Shown here: one piece after another, positions 29,997 to 40,841 of the stretch
How positions within the stretch are numbered: position 1 is the first letter of the stretch
Layout: each line of letters begins with the position of its first letter
Source: Candidatus Poribacteria bacterium
GTDB lineage: Bacteria > Poribacteria > WGA-4E > WGA-3G
DNA: 64,000 bases
Reading direction: 5' to 3'
NCBI GenBank assembly: GCA_022826805.1
Contig: JAJDUH010000045.1
Coordinates: forward strand, 83,562 to 147,561
Program-made: the position numbers and the translations under genes
Notes under the pieces: model-generated
The model's input: the letters and a program-made list of their open reading frames with translations, nothing else
Told to the model about the DNA's origin: nothing
Database searches by the model: none

Positions 29997-31262
29997 ATGG
30001 AAAGATTAATTGTCAAGGGCGGAACCCAACTTAAAGGAACTATTCCAGTCAGCGGATGCAAAAACGCCGTTCTCCCTATCGCAGTTGCAGCTGCTATTCT
30101 CGGCGACGGAGTTAGCGTACTCCACAATGTACCGAATCTAACAGATGTCAATACGCTCTGTGCTGTACTGGAAGGACTTGGTGCAACAACAAAACTAAAA
30201 AACGCAACACTTTACATTGAACCCATAAGCCACTTGGAGTACGAAGCACCTTACGAACTTGTGCGAAAGATGCGAGCGTCGATTTATGTCTTAGGTCCAC
30301 TTGTAGCGAAATTGGGTAAAGCAAAGGTATCATTTCCAGGAGGCTGTGCGATCGGACCGCGACCGATCGACCTGCATATTCGCGGCTTGGAGCATTTAGG
30401 GGCAGACGTAACTGTACAACAAGGGTATATTTACGCCCAAGCGGAACGTTTAACCGGTACAGAGATGTATCTCATGGGACAATACGGACCAAGCGTGGGC
30501 GCGACAGCAAACATTATGATGGCTGCAACCTTGGCACAAGGCACTACGGTTATCCGGGGCGCCGCACGTGAACCCCATATCTCCGATCTCGCTCATTTCC
30601 TGAATGCAATGGGAGCAGATATAGAAGGTATTGGCACCTCCGTCTTGACGATTCACGGCGTCAAACACCTACACGGGACTGAACATTCCGTTATCTCCGA
30701 TGATGTTGAAGCAGGCACTTTCATGGTCGCTGGTGCCATTACAAGAGGTGATGTTTACGTCGAAGGTATCACCGAACAACAACTGCCCACCGTCTCTGAA
30801 AAACTCGTTGAGGCAGGCATCACGTTGGATTGGGATGACAAGGGTGTACGTGTCACGACACCACGTGAGATTAGAGGGATTGATGTCACCACAGCACCAT
30901 TCCCCGGGTTCCCTACAGATATGCAGGCGCAAATCATGGGGCTACTCTCTCTTGCCACTGGTACCAGCGTTATCGCTGAGAACGTTCACACAGATCGCTT
31001 CATCCATGCAGCAGAACTGAATCGGATGGGGGCAAATATCATGCTCGATGGTAGCAAGGCTGTGATTACGGGTGTCCCCAGTCTCAGTGGTGCCCCTGTA
31101 ATGGCTTCGGATTTGCGCGCTGGTGCGGTTCTCGTCGCAGCTGGAATGGCAGCATCAGGTGAAACCGTCGTATCGCGTGTTTATCACATTGATCGTGGGT
31201 ACGAATCCATCGAGGAAAAACTGAATGCCATCGGCGCAAATATTACAAGAGTCAACGACTAA
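29997..31262 (+). CDS. murA: UDP-N-acetylglucosamine 1-carboxyvinyltransferase
   Basis: KNA, MRAS, PGGCAIGPRPIDLH, PGFPTDMQ, DLRAG, HIDRGY. Confidence 0.97.
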   Translation: MERLIVKGGTQLKGTIPVSGCKNAVLPIAVAAAILGDGVSVLHNVPNLTDVNTLCAVLEGLGATTKLKNATLYIEPISHLEYEAPYELVRKMRASIYVLGPLVAKLGKAKVSFPGGCAIGPRPIDLHIRGLEHLGADVTVQQGYIYAQAERLTGTEMYLMGQYGPSVGATANIMMAATLAQGTTVIRGAAREPHISDLAHFLNAMGADIEGIGTSVLTIHGVKHLHGTEHSVISDDVEAGTFMVAGAITRGDVYVEGITEQQLPTVSEKLVEAGITLDWDDKGVRVTTPREIRGIDVTTAPFPGFPTDMQAQIMGLLSLATGTSVIAENVHTDRFIHAAELNRMGANIMLDGSKAVITGVPSLSGAPVMASDLRAGAVLVAAGMAASGETVVSRVYHIDRGYESIEEKLNAIGANITRVND

Positions 31263-31291
31263 AATGAAAATGTGGAACCTGGTTTTTCCAA

Positions 31292-32614
31292 ATGGAAAGG
31301 AATGGCTATTCACGCATGTTGCGAATTGTTGAAACCCACACACCAGAGGCTGATACCTTTCTCTCAAAGTTGAAGGCGCGGGGTAGACTAACAGATGAAA
31401 GCATCTTAAAAACAGTCCGCCGCACTTTGAAAGATGTGCAAGCGGAAGGCGACAAAGCCGTCGTCCGATATACACGCAAACTCGATGCACCGCGGATTTC
31501 GGCAAAGGAACTAAAGGTATCACGAGAAGAAATTGGGGAAGCGTATTTAGAGGTCCCATCCGAATTCATAGATGCAATTACGCATGCCAGAACAAACATC
31601 GAAAAATTTCACCAGAAACAGTTACGGACCTCATGGTTGTCAACGGAGCCCAACGGTGTAATGCTTGGACATCTAATTCGTCCGCTAAAGCGCATCGGTG
31701 TCCATGTGCCAGCGATCAGCCAACTTCTCGTCTCTTCACTCCTCATGAACGTCATCCCTGCTACTGTTGCCGGCGTTGAAGAAATAGCTACCTGTATCCC
31801 GCCCATGCGAAATCGGTCGATTAACCCTTATATGCTGGTAGCTGCCTCGGAATGTGGTATTCGAGAAATTTACAAATGTGGTGGCGCACAAGCCGTCGCA
31901 GCGATGGCGTACGGTACGGACACCATCCCCGCTGTTGATAAAATCGTCGGACCTGGCAATCTGTACGTACAGTTTGCGAAAAAAGAGGTTTACGGACATG
32001 TTGATATAGATAAATTAGCGGGTCCAAGCGAAATCCTTGTCATCGCTGACAACACAGCAGACCCGGATTACGTCGCTGCAGATCTGATTTCACAAGCCGA
32101 ACACAAAGCCGATTCCGCTGCGATCCTCGTCACCCCCTCATTTGGGTTCGCTGAACAGGTCAAAACGGCTATTGAGGTACAAGGCGAATCCTTACCTCGT
32201 TACGACGAACTTACACAGTCTTTTGAAAACTGGGGGGTAGCGTTTATCACTTCGGACTTAGCGGAGGCATTCGTTTTTGCCAACGAAATCGCACCAGAAC
32301 ACCTTGAACTTCACATTGAAAACCCATTTGAATGGCTGGGAAACGTTCAAAATGCGGGGGCTGTCCTTATAGGGCCCTATTCACCAGAAGCTGTTGGGGA
32401 TTACATCGCGGGACCGAACCATGTTTTACCAACCGGGACGGCTGCGCGCTATGCCTCTCCACTCAGCGTTGACGACTTCCTGAAGAAGACCAGTCTCATC
32501 TCTTATACCAAGACGGCTTTAGAGAAAGTTACACCAGCAGTTGTCAAACTGGCTGAGGTAGAAGGACTTGAAGGGCATGCCGCTGCCATGAAAATCCGTT
32601 TTGAAGAAGATTAG
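31292..32614 (+). CDS. hisD: Histidinol dehydrogenase (start may be 31316)
   Basis: GGAQA, KIVGPGN, AGPSE, SQAEH, APEHL, GDY.AGPNHVLPT. Confidence 0.96.
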   Translation: MERNGYSRMLRIVETHTPEADTFLSKLKARGRLTDESILKTVRRTLKDVQAEGDKAVVRYTRKLDAPRISAKELKVSREEIGEAYLEVPSEFIDAITHARTNIEKFHQKQLRTSWLSTEPNGVMLGHLIRPLKRIGVHVPAISQLLVSSLLMNVIPATVAGVEEIATCIPPMRNRSINPYMLVAASECGIREIYKCGGAQAVAAMAYGTDTIPAVDKIVGPGNLYVQFAKKEVYGHVDIDKLAGPSEILVIADNTADPDYVAADLISQAEHKADSAAILVTPSFGFAEQVKTAIEVQGESLPRYDELTQSFENWGVAFITSDLAEAFVFANEIAPEHLELHIENPFEWLGNVQNAGAVLIGPYSPEAVGDYIAGPNHVLPTGTAARYASPLSVDDFLKKTSLISYTKTALEKVTPAVVKLAEVEGLEGHAAAMKIRFEED

Positions 32615-32734
32615 GTATCCCGTTATCTATCAGCCATTACCCAGACAGCGAGTTCCCCGCTGATAAGGAGGGTTGAGTGCTGCTGGAGAGTGCCTCCTTA
32701 ATTCTAAGATCCATCATAACAGGAAACATATTAG

Positions 32735-33442
32735 ATGCTTTTCATTCCACTAAGCCTACTGTTCCACCTGTCTGAACCTGACATACCCACTGAAAAGCCC
32801 CCATTATCCCCCGTTGCAACGTTCTCAATCGTCGGTTATGACCCAGAAATCCGTGCGTTTGGCATCGCCGTGCAATCCAAATTTTTCGCCGTTGGCTCAG
32901 TTGTGCCGTGGGCAGAAGCCGGCGTCGGTGCGATCGCAACCCAATCTTATGCAAACACGACTTACGGACCCCACGGTCTGAAGCTGCTCAAGAGCGGACT
33001 TTCCGCAGAACAAACTTTAGCGCGTCTTGTCGCCGATGATCCAGGACGTGCAACCCGACAAGTCGGTATCGTGGATGCCAAAGGCAATGTCGCTAACTTC
33101 ACGGGTGATGAATGTAACGCCTGGGCAGGCGCCGTCTCAGGTAAAAATTACACGGCTCAAGGCAATATCTTAGCGGGTGAAGAAGTTGTTAAAGCGATGA
33201 GCAAAGCGTTTGAGGAAACGGAAGGTGAACTCGCAGACAAATTAATGGCAGCACTTTTTGCCGGACAAGAGGCAGGAGGGGATACGCGGGGACAACAGTC
33301 GGCTGCCTTGCTTGTTGTTCAAGCGCATAGCGGCTATGGCGGTTTCAACGACCGATATATCGATCTGCGTGTGGATGATGCCGAGAAACCCATTGAAGAA
33401 CTTCAGCGATTATTGGAGATGCACAAGCAATTGGTGCCTTGA
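32735..33442 (+). CDS. DUF1028 family Ntn-hydrolase-like protein
   Basis: TFSIV, GAIATQ, QGNIL, GGD.RG.QSA, DLRVD. Confidence 0.85.
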   Translation: MLFIPLSLLFHLSEPDIPTEKPPLSPVATFSIVGYDPEIRAFGIAVQSKFFAVGSVVPWAEAGVGAIATQSYANTTYGPHGLKLLKSGLSAEQTLARLVADDPGRATRQVGIVDAKGNVANFTGDECNAWAGAVSGKNYTAQGNILAGEEVVKAMSKAFEETEGELADKLMAALFAGQEAGGDTRGQQSAALLVVQAHSGYGGFNDRYIDLRVDDAEKPIEELQRLLEMHKQLVP

Positions 33443-33468
33443 TAGGAACAGTCTCAGGTCAATTTGTA

Positions 33469-33873
33469 TCAATCATCTAACATAAGTGGTGGACGTTTAA
33501 AACGGGAACGAATTTGATTGGCTGCAGACAATACGACTGGCACGCGAACAAGACGACGCTCTAACCGTCGCTTTCCAGGAAAGTCGCTGATAATCAATCC
33601 GGCTAAAATCGTCAAAATACCTTGCCCTGGTACGCCCGGCAGAGACAGAAGTATGCCTATAACAACAAGCAGTCCGCCGAACAGATTTTTAAGGAAAGAT
33701 AAACAGACACGGATAACAGGATTCTTGATACGGCGGATCCGTTCTTCCGTCTTGAAATAGTCTGCAGGCAACGACATAAGTAACATTGTGGTCCCAGCGA
33801 GGCTTGCAATGAAACTCACCACAGAGAAAATAGCAAATAAAACCCAATGTTCTAAAAACCAATTGCTAAGCAT
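33469..33873 (-). CDS. PGPGW-like small membrane protein
   Basis: TM segments; LPADYF, PGVPGQG and DFPGK motifs; start taken at MLSNW. Confidence 0.65.
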   Translation of the reverse strand: MLSNWFLEHWVLFAIFSVVSFIASLAGTTMLLMSLPADYFKTEERIRRIKNPVIRVCLSFLKNLFGGLLVVIGILLSLPGVPGQGILTILAGLIISDFPGKRRLERRLVRVPVVLSAANQIRSRFKRPPLMLDD

Positions 33874-33924
33874 ATGCCAGTAAACCTCTAAGTCAATAAA
33901 CGACAAGAAAGTTCTCCAAGTCCA

Positions 33925-34698
33925 TTAGCGGCGCGCAACAGCCCCACCATCAATCGTCATAATATCGCCACTGATATAAGCAGCGTCATCTGAAGCAAGA
34001 AATAACACTGCACCAATATAATCCCATACCGTTGCCCCGCGTTCAAGCGGAGGTAAATCTGCAGAAGCAGGTGGTAAATCGGGGAGGGTGTCATCATCAG
34101 GCAGATTTTGTGAAGCATTCATACCCGTCGGCGCCCCCCCACCGGGTGCTACCGCGTTCACAGTGATACCGTGAGGACGGAGTTCCAACGCCAAGCTTCG
34201 CGTAAGTCGATTCAGTGCCGCTTTGCTTACACAATAACTGAGAACCCCGACGTGCGACTCCTCAGCATAGATAGATGTGTTGTTAATAATACGTCCACGT
34301 ATCCCCTGACCTATCATTACTTTAGCGACTGCTTGTGCGCATAACAGACACCCTTTTACATTAACCGCCATCACCTTATCAAACTGCTCTGGTGTGACCT
34401 CAAACAACGGTTGTCTACCCAGAATTCCTGCGTTATTGAATAGAATATCGATCCGTTTAAAGGCATCCACCGCTGTATCTACAGCGTGCTGAACCTGTGC
34501 AGGCACAGTGACATCCAAAGGCACAGCAATAGCATTTCCACCGTTAGCGCGCACTTCGGCAGCAACAGCATCAGCCCTTCTACCACCAGCGACGACTACA
34601 GCTCCACCTTCACGTGCAAACGCCAAACACGCCGCTCTCCCGATACCCAATGGTCCGCCTCCACCCGTCACAAATGCTACTTTGTTTTCAAAACGCAT
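33925..34698 (-). CDS. Short-chain dehydrogenase/reductase
   Basis: TGGG..GIG, NNAG, YxxxK (YCVSK), VNAVAPG. Confidence 0.92.
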   Translation of the reverse strand: MRFENKVAFVTGGGGPLGIGRAACLAFAREGGAVVVAGGRRADAVAAEVRANGGNAIAVPLDVTVPAQVQHAVDTAVDAFKRIDILFNNAGILGRQPLFEVTPEQFDKVMAVNVKGCLLCAQAVAKVMIGQGIRGRIINNTSIYAEESHVGVLSYCVSKAALNRLTRSLALELRPHGITVNAVAPGGGAPTGMNASQNLPDDDTLPDLPPASADLPPLERGATVWDYIGAVLFLASDDAAYISGDIMTIDGGAVARR

Positions 34699-34975
34699 CC
34701 GATTTTCCTTTTTAGATTACTTCCTGTTTTCGGTTCTTCTGCATTACAACTATTCTATCATAACGTTCTTTAACTTTGCAAAGTTTCACATGACTTAGTT
34801 TTGGGTTTTCAGTTATCCAAAAATTATAACTTACAATATCTTAGATAACATCAGGACTTTTTTAATTTTTTAATTTAGCGCCTGATTACAGAATACCGTC
34901 AACTCGTTAAGAATCGGGACGCGGAGATCCCTCCTACAGGAAACCAGAGCGGTAGTGTAGTCTATAAATTTTACC

Positions 34976-35004
34976 TTGACAAAGCTTGGTAAATCAACTA
35001 TTAT
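34976..35004 (+). promoter_or_regulatory. Sigma70-like promoter
   Basis: TTGACA-N17-TATTAT. Confidence 0.5.
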
Positions 35005-35081
35005 AACTAATAATCGTAGTGCAACACGTCAAATATCTAAGCATAACTTATCCCTTCATAAAAAAGAAAAGGATTCTTATA

Positions 35082-36614
35082 ATGGAACCGACCCAAAAAC
35101 CTATTCGTTGGTGGCCCCTTTTAGTTATTGTTTCTCTTGCCATTTTAGGGATTATAATAACGTGGGTTTTGGATGCTGGTCATCGCCAAGACAAGATTTT
35201 CCTGACATCTGCGATAGTTATTCTTAGCGCTTTTTTGGGATTTTTATGGTTGTTATGCTTTTCTCGGTTGAAATGGCGAAGTAAGTTAATTTCTCTTGCT
35301 GTAGCCGCCGCCGTTCTCTTTATGGCTGCGAACCTATTTCAGTTCAAAGGATTCAGCGGAGATGTCGCTCCAATTTTTGAATGGCGATGGCAAGAGGAAC
35401 CCATAACTTTCCAACCCGACACCAGTAGCCTATCTGACACCCAAGGACACACAACAGACTATCCACAATACCTTGGAGAGCGTCGAAACGGTGTCGTAAC
35501 CAGTATCAAGCTTAATCTTGACTGGCAGACGCACCCACCGGAGTTAGTATGGCGGAGACCTGTCGGAGCAGGTTGGTCCGGCTTTGCAATCGTTGGGGAT
35601 GCAGCAATCACGCAGGAACAGGAAGACGACTGGGAAAAAGTTGTCTGTTACGACTTACACACCGGTGAGGTACGCTGGAGCCATCAAGATCGAGCACGCT
35701 ACGACACACATCCGGCGGGACTCGGCCCGCGTGCAACACCAACAATTTCAGGCAACAGGGTTTATACCGTCGGTTCAACTGGGATCCTCAACTGTCTGGA
35801 CTTTGAAACAGGCGAGCAGCTCTGGACAACCCATATCTTTGAAGAGAACAAAGCCGATCCACCGCCTTGGGGTGTTAGTATTTCACCGCTCGTTTTCGAT
35901 GAACTTGTTATCGTTAGTGCCGGGGGTGCAGTCGCATACTACAAAGAAACAGGCGACATCGCTTGGACAGGTTACCGAACACAAAGCGGTTATAGCTCAC
36001 CACTCCTTACAACTTTAGCAGGCACCGAACAAGTCGTTCTCTTTAACCAAGGGTTAATCACCGCTCATGAACCTTTAACCGGAAAGCTTTTCTGGAAGCA
36101 GCCCTGGGTGAAAAGCTATGCAGAATGTGTTTCCCAACCCCTCCCACTTCCCAATGACCAACTTCTTGCCTCAACTGGGTATGGTGCCGGTGCCAAGTTA
36201 TTTCAAATTTCTCGTAACCATGCGGGTGAATTCAATGTTGTTACCATTTGGGAAACCATATATCTGAAAGCGAAATTTACGAACATCATTTATTACGAAA
36301 ACTATCTATACGGGCTTGACGACGGTATCTTCGCTTGTATAAACCCTGTTGACGGAACACGTCAATGGAAACGCGGTAGATATGGACACGGACAAACGCT
36401 GTTGATTTCGGATGTCTTGCTTGTACTTACTGAGTCTGGCGAGGTTGTTCTTATAGAACCAGACCCAGAAAACCATAGAGAACTCGCACGCTTCACGGCG
36501 TTGAAGGGTAAAACATGGAATACGCCAGCACTGGCTGGTGCCTATTTACTCGTACGGAACGACCAAGAGGCGGCGTGCTACCAATTGCCCATCCGGGACA
36601 CTAACGACCAATAA
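35082..36614 (+). CDS. Membrane-anchored PQQ-like beta-propeller protein
   Basis: Three N-terminal TMs; repeated TGE.RW/LW motifs, GPRATP, GYSSP. Confidence 0.8.
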   Translation: MEPTQKPIRWWPLLVIVSLAILGIIITWVLDAGHRQDKIFLTSAIVILSAFLGFLWLLCFSRLKWRSKLISLAVAAAVLFMAANLFQFKGFSGDVAPIFEWRWQEEPITFQPDTSSLSDTQGHTTDYPQYLGERRNGVVTSIKLNLDWQTHPPELVWRRPVGAGWSGFAIVGDAAITQEQEDDWEKVVCYDLHTGEVRWSHQDRARYDTHPAGLGPRATPTISGNRVYTVGSTGILNCLDFETGEQLWTTHIFEENKADPPPWGVSISPLVFDELVIVSAGGAVAYYKETGDIAWTGYRTQSGYSSPLLTTLAGTEQVVLFNQGLITAHEPLTGKLFWKQPWVKSYAECVSQPLPLPNDQLLASTGYGAGAKLFQISRNHAGEFNVVTIWETIYLKAKFTNIIYYENYLYGLDDGIFACINPVDGTRQWKRGRYGHGQTLLISDVLLVLTESGEVVLIEPDPENHRELARFTALKGKTWNTPALAGAYLLVRNDQEAACYQLPIRDTNDQ

Positions 36615-36694
36615 ATCGAGGATCGCTACATTACAACTTCAATCTACGCTCGCATCTGCTGAGAATAGAAGATCAGAAAGGAAAGGACGGTAGC

Positions 36695-37618
36695 ATGTTC
36701 GGATGCATACGAAAGTTCAGAATACTATTCATTTGTTGTAGCATCGGGTTATTGCTTCCGATATTTACACTGTCGGCGGTAACATCTCGGAACAGTCAAA
36801 GTTCGATCGATTCACCTCTGGAAGCTAATTTTGAAAGACACATCAAGCGCCAGCGGAATCGCCGAATTTTGTCTACAACTGACCGAACAAGCTTCGTCGT
36901 CTACGATATTTCCAAAAATACAAAGTTGGTGTCCATTAATGAAAATCGGCAAATGATGGCAGCATCTCTCATTAAGAATTTCGTTATGCTCGCTTATTTC
37001 CATGAAGTCCGATATGGTCGTAAAACACACACTTCGGTAAACAAGGGACACCTGCGCGCGATGATTCAATGGAGTTCAAATCCATCGACGAACTATTTTA
37101 TCCGACTGCTTGGGGGACCAGCACGTGTGAACCGGATACTCCAAGCCAACTATCCGTATTTTAAACAGACTCGGATCGTTGAATACATCCCTCAAGGCGG
37201 ACGAACCTATAAAAATATGACCTCCGCCCGCGACCTCAGTATGTTTTGTCTACAACTGTGGAAGGGGAGACTTCCTTACTCCGATAAGATGAAGTACTAC
37301 CTCAAACTCAAAAATGGGGACTATATATTTAAACACACATACATCCCTTCATCAGTTGCGGTTTACAACAAAACGGGAACAGTTTATGGATTGGTCGGCG
37401 ATGGTGGCATCTTAGTTCTCCGCGATCCACAAGGCAAACCGAGACCTTACGTTTTTGTTGGAATGATCGAAGACAGGACCAAAACAAATCGGAAAAATCG
37501 GTGGCAATCCTTCAGTACATGGAGAAATCGGCGCACCTATATTTTGCGAAGACTCTCTGAACAGGCTTACAAATACATCTATGAAAAGCAATACGGCGGC
37601 AAGTTAGCACGCCGCTAA
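36695..37618 (+). CDS. Class A beta-lactamase-like serine hydrolase (Beta-lactamase2)
   Basis: SxxK (ASLIK), SxN (SSN), KTG; signal peptide. Confidence 0.8.
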   Translation: MFGCIRKFRILFICCSIGLLLPIFTLSAVTSRNSQSSIDSPLEANFERHIKRQRNRRILSTTDRTSFVVYDISKNTKLVSINENRQMMAASLIKNFVMLAYFHEVRYGRKTHTSVNKGHLRAMIQWSSNPSTNYFIRLLGGPARVNRILQANYPYFKQTRIVEYIPQGGRTYKNMTSARDLSMFCLQLWKGRLPYSDKMKYYLKLKNGDYIFKHTYIPSSVAVYNKTGTVYGLVGDGGILVLRDPQGKPRPYVFVGMIEDRTKTNRKNRWQSFSTWRNRRTYILRRLSEQAYKYIYEKQYGGKLARR

Positions 37619-37637
37619 CTTCCATAAGGGTAACCCT

Positions 37638-38294
37638 ATGCAACGCATCGTTGATATTGGCAGACGTATCGAACTCATACCAATGGATCCGCACTTTCAC
37701 GACATCACCATCGGATTGTATCAACAACAATCGGTCAATGCTATTATTGGAAAAGCGACCCCTGTCTTTCTGGTGCATACCTACAGCCACATTGCAGGTG
37801 CTGCCGAAAGAATTGAGAACGTGCGACAAGCGATGCAGACGCTCGGAGGAATGCTGAAAACACCTGAAGGTTTACTCTATTTTCCGTGTGGAAGTGCCCA
37901 TCAACTCGGGTGTCGTCGCGTCTTTTTAGAAGCCTGTAAACTCGCCTCACACACCGACGCTGAACCTCGACCTTTAAACATACTGGATAAGAAATCACGA
38001 CTTACTATCACCGTGGATTCGATCGGAGATGGGGGCTATCGGGTTACAGCAGATGGCGAAGGAAGACGCGCTGCAAGGCGAGTTTCAGCGATTGCAGGGG
38101 GCTTAATGAAATTGGGCGAAATGGAGAGCGTTGAAACCGATGGCGGCGATACTGTCGCTTTCGATTGCGGATATACACACGATGCCCTCGTTGGACTCCT
38201 ACTTACCCGTGCGCCAAACGTCAGAATTACTTTACGAGAAGAAGAAATGAGTGCCACCCGCGGTGTGCTTTCCGCCCCAAGTCAACAGCTCTAA
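37638..38294 (+). CDS. Hypothetical protein
   Basis: 218-aa ORF in operon context. Confidence 0.6.
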   Translation: MQRIVDIGRRIELIPMDPHFHDITIGLYQQQSVNAIIGKATPVFLVHTYSHIAGAAERIENVRQAMQTLGGMLKTPEGLLYFPCGSAHQLGCRRVFLEACKLASHTDAEPRPLNILDKKSRLTITVDSIGDGGYRVTADGEGRRAARRVSAIAGGLMKLGEMESVETDGGDTVAFDCGYTHDALVGLLLTRAPNVRITLREEEMSATRGVLSAPSQQL

Positions 38295-38436
38295 CATTGA
38301 AAGCTTAATCGCAATAGAGATTGTCTATTTCGCGCTCTGTTTTTTCCGATAATATCTCGCTAAGTCAGGGTTCAGAGATACCTCCTACAACGCCAGCAGA
38401 AAAACTTAATACCCTTAAAAGAGCCGAATTTGAAAA

Positions 38437-38949
38437 ATGAAAGTCGTAATCGGTTTTGACTCAGGATTAGCAAACTGTGGATATGGTGTCGTCGCTCGCG
38501 GCGGTAGCGGGTTCTCCTGTTTAACACATGGCAACATCCGAACAGACGCAAAGACCCCTCACCCAGACCGACTTTTGAAAATCTATCAACACGTCACGGA
38601 ACTGATAACCGAATGGAAGCCATCCAAGATTAGTATCGAATCGGTTTACTGGAATCGGAACCAAAAAAGCTGCTTACCTACTGCAGAGGTAATCGGCATT
38701 TTGCAACTTGCCGCCGTTCAAAAAAATATTGAAGTTGTTATGCTGTCACCTCAATCTGTCAAATCCGCCGTCACTGGAGTTTCCAATGCCTCCAAAACAC
38801 AAGTCATGAAAATGACGCAAAAGCTTCTGGGTATGAAACAGCCTGTTAAACCCAGTCATGCTGCAGACGCTTTAGGATGTGCCATCGCAGCACTGTTGAG
38901 CAGAAACACCCCATCATTACATGATATGGTGAATTCAAAAAACAAATAA
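38437..38949 (+). CDS. ruvC: Holliday junction resolvase RuvC
   Basis: IGFDSG..CGYGV, IE, VK..VTG..NA.K.QV, HAADAL. Confidence 0.9.
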   Translation: MKVVIGFDSGLANCGYGVVARGGSGFSCLTHGNIRTDAKTPHPDRLLKIYQHVTELITEWKPSKISIESVYWNRNQKSCLPTAEVIGILQLAAVQKNIEVVMLSPQSVKSAVTGVSNASKTQVMKMTQKLLGMKQPVKPSHAADALGCAIAALLSRNTPSLHDMVNSKNK

Positions 38950-38979
38950 ACACGCTCCAGCAGACAAGGTTTCCAAATT

Positions 38980-39008
38980 CCCCCCTGATAAGGGGGGTTA
39001 GGGGGGTT
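38980..39008. repeat. CCCCCTGATAAGGGGG-type palindromic repeat
   Basis: Same family as 3438, 21182, 7357 and 12202. Confidence 0.7.
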
Positions 39009-39134
39009 GAGTGTGCATCTATAATGTCTAATTAATTCTAAACTTTACGATAAATAAAACTTCAGAGATTTTAAAATTCGTGGTAAACTTGGGTAAATAA
39101 ACGTTTTTCAAACCAATAGAATCGAGGGCAAAAA

Positions 39135-40175
39135 GTGGAAAATCAAACCCCCAAATCAATGAGCAGTCGCGAACGTGTACTCGCCGCGCTTCACAATGAA
39201 CCTACTGACCGCACCCCGGTTTGTAATCCTACATCCGTTGCAACTGTTGAGCTGATGGACCTCGTCGATGCGCCCTTCCCACAAGCGAATCGAGAACCGG
39301 AACTCATGGCGCGCCTCGCTGCGACAGGATACACTGAACTCGGATTTGACACTATCATGCCAGTCTTCACGATTATCCAAGAATCAAGTGCACTCGGATG
39401 CCAGATTCAGTGGGAACAGAAAGACAACTGGCCGACCGTTCGGATGCGTGAACCGATTTGGGAAGACGTTGACGACATCACGATTCCGGACGATTTTTTG
39501 ACGCACCCGGATACCCAATGTGTACTTGAAGCGATTAAAATCCTGAAGAAGGAATACGGGGATGAAGTCGCTGTAATTGGGAAAACGATGGGACCTTGGT
39601 CGCTCGGCTATCACTGTTTCGGGGTCGAACCTTTTCTGTTGTTGTCCCTTGACGATCCCGGTAAAACGAAACTCGCTCTTGATCGGATGAAGGAAGCCAC
39701 CGTACAATTTGGTGTAGCACAGATCGAAGCGGGGGCAGATGCACTCACGCTTCCAGATCACGCTACAGGCGATTTGGTGAGTGGGGAATACTACGAACGT
39801 TACCTTCGGGATCTTCACATTGAATTTGTTGAGCGTATCCCTATCCCTTTGATTCTTCATATCTGTGGACGCACGATTGATAGGATGGAGTACATCGCGC
39901 AAACCGGTATGGCTGCCTTCCATTACGACTCCAAAAATGAGCCGCAGGAATCCATGGACATCGTGCAAAAACGCATTGCCCTTGTCGGAAACATTAACAA
40001 CCCTGAAACGCTGTTTGCCAAAGAACCAGAGCATGTTAAAGCGGAAGTTACGAAAAATCTTGACGCAGGCATTCCACTGATTGGACCGGAGTGCGCGATC
40101 CCCCTACAAACAACCATCGAAAACCTTCAAGCGATCCCTGAAGCTGTCCGAGAATGGCACCGCGCGAACGCATAA
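39135..40175 (+). CDS. MtaA/CmuA-family methylcobamide methyltransferase (URO-D superfamily)
   Basis: SSRERV, HICG Zn motif, GNI, PEC. Confidence 0.8.
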   Translation: MENQTPKSMSSRERVLAALHNEPTDRTPVCNPTSVATVELMDLVDAPFPQANREPELMARLAATGYTELGFDTIMPVFTIIQESSALGCQIQWEQKDNWPTVRMREPIWEDVDDITIPDDFLTHPDTQCVLEAIKILKKEYGDEVAVIGKTMGPWSLGYHCFGVEPFLLLSLDDPGKTKLALDRMKEATVQFGVAQIEAGADALTLPDHATGDLVSGEYYERYLRDLHIEFVERIPIPLILHICGRTIDRMEYIAQTGMAAFHYDSKNEPQESMDIVQKRIALVGNINNPETLFAKEPEHVKAEVTKNLDAGIPLIGPECAIPLQTTIENLQAIPEAVREWHRANA

Positions 40176-40195
40176 TCACCCATGTGGAAAAACTT

Positions 40196-40804
40196 ATGAG
40201 ACAATTGATCTGTTTTTTGCTAATAGCAACGTTGACACTGACGTTCCTAACCTTCGGGCATACACAAAATGTGGACTTTGATCCGCTGAGTGCTTCTGAC
40301 GTCAACACTGATGGCGTTGTCAATATTCTCGACCTAACCTTCATCGCCTCCCGTTTTAGTGAAAACCTCACCATAGACCAACATCCGAACCCAGATGTTA
40401 ACGGGGACGGGACTGTGAATATCCTCGACTTAACACTGGTCGCAAGTTATTTAGGCAAAAGATCTGGGATTCCTTTTGAGGTCACGGACGCGAATTTTGA
40501 TGAGATCGTTTTGGGTTCTGAGCCGCCTATTGTTGTAGAATTTAAAGACGATACCTGAATATTTTGCATACGTATGCGACCGGTGGTCGCAGAGGTAGCA
40601 TTGGAATATCGCGAGAACTTCAGTTTCGTCAAGCTGGATGTGCGCACCCAACGGGAGAAAACGGCTGAATACCAAATTCGGGGAACGCCCACTTATATTG
40701 TATTTAAAGATGGCGCAGCTATAGGCGGATTTGCTGGGGCAATGCCTAAGGCTGAATTGGTACAGCGAATTCTTGAAATCTTAGGAACTGAAGAAAACGA
40801 GTAG
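40196..40804 (+). CDS. Putative exported selenoprotein: signal peptide, dockerin-like domain, thioredoxin with UxxC (TGA 40556-40558 read as Sec)
   Basis: ORFs 40154..40558 and 40574..40804 are in frame; join reads VVEFKDDT-TGA-IFCIRMRP; DVNTDGVVNILDL and DVNGDGTVNILDL; cis-Pro GTPT. Confidence 0.85.
40575..40591 (+). promoter_or_regulatory. Candidate bacterial SECIS hairpin 1
   Basis: TGCGACC-GGT-GGTCGCA begins after a 16-nt spacer from the TGA. Confidence 0.55.
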
Positions 40805-40841
40805 CGTGTTGATCACAAACTGATACACAAGAGGATAACAC

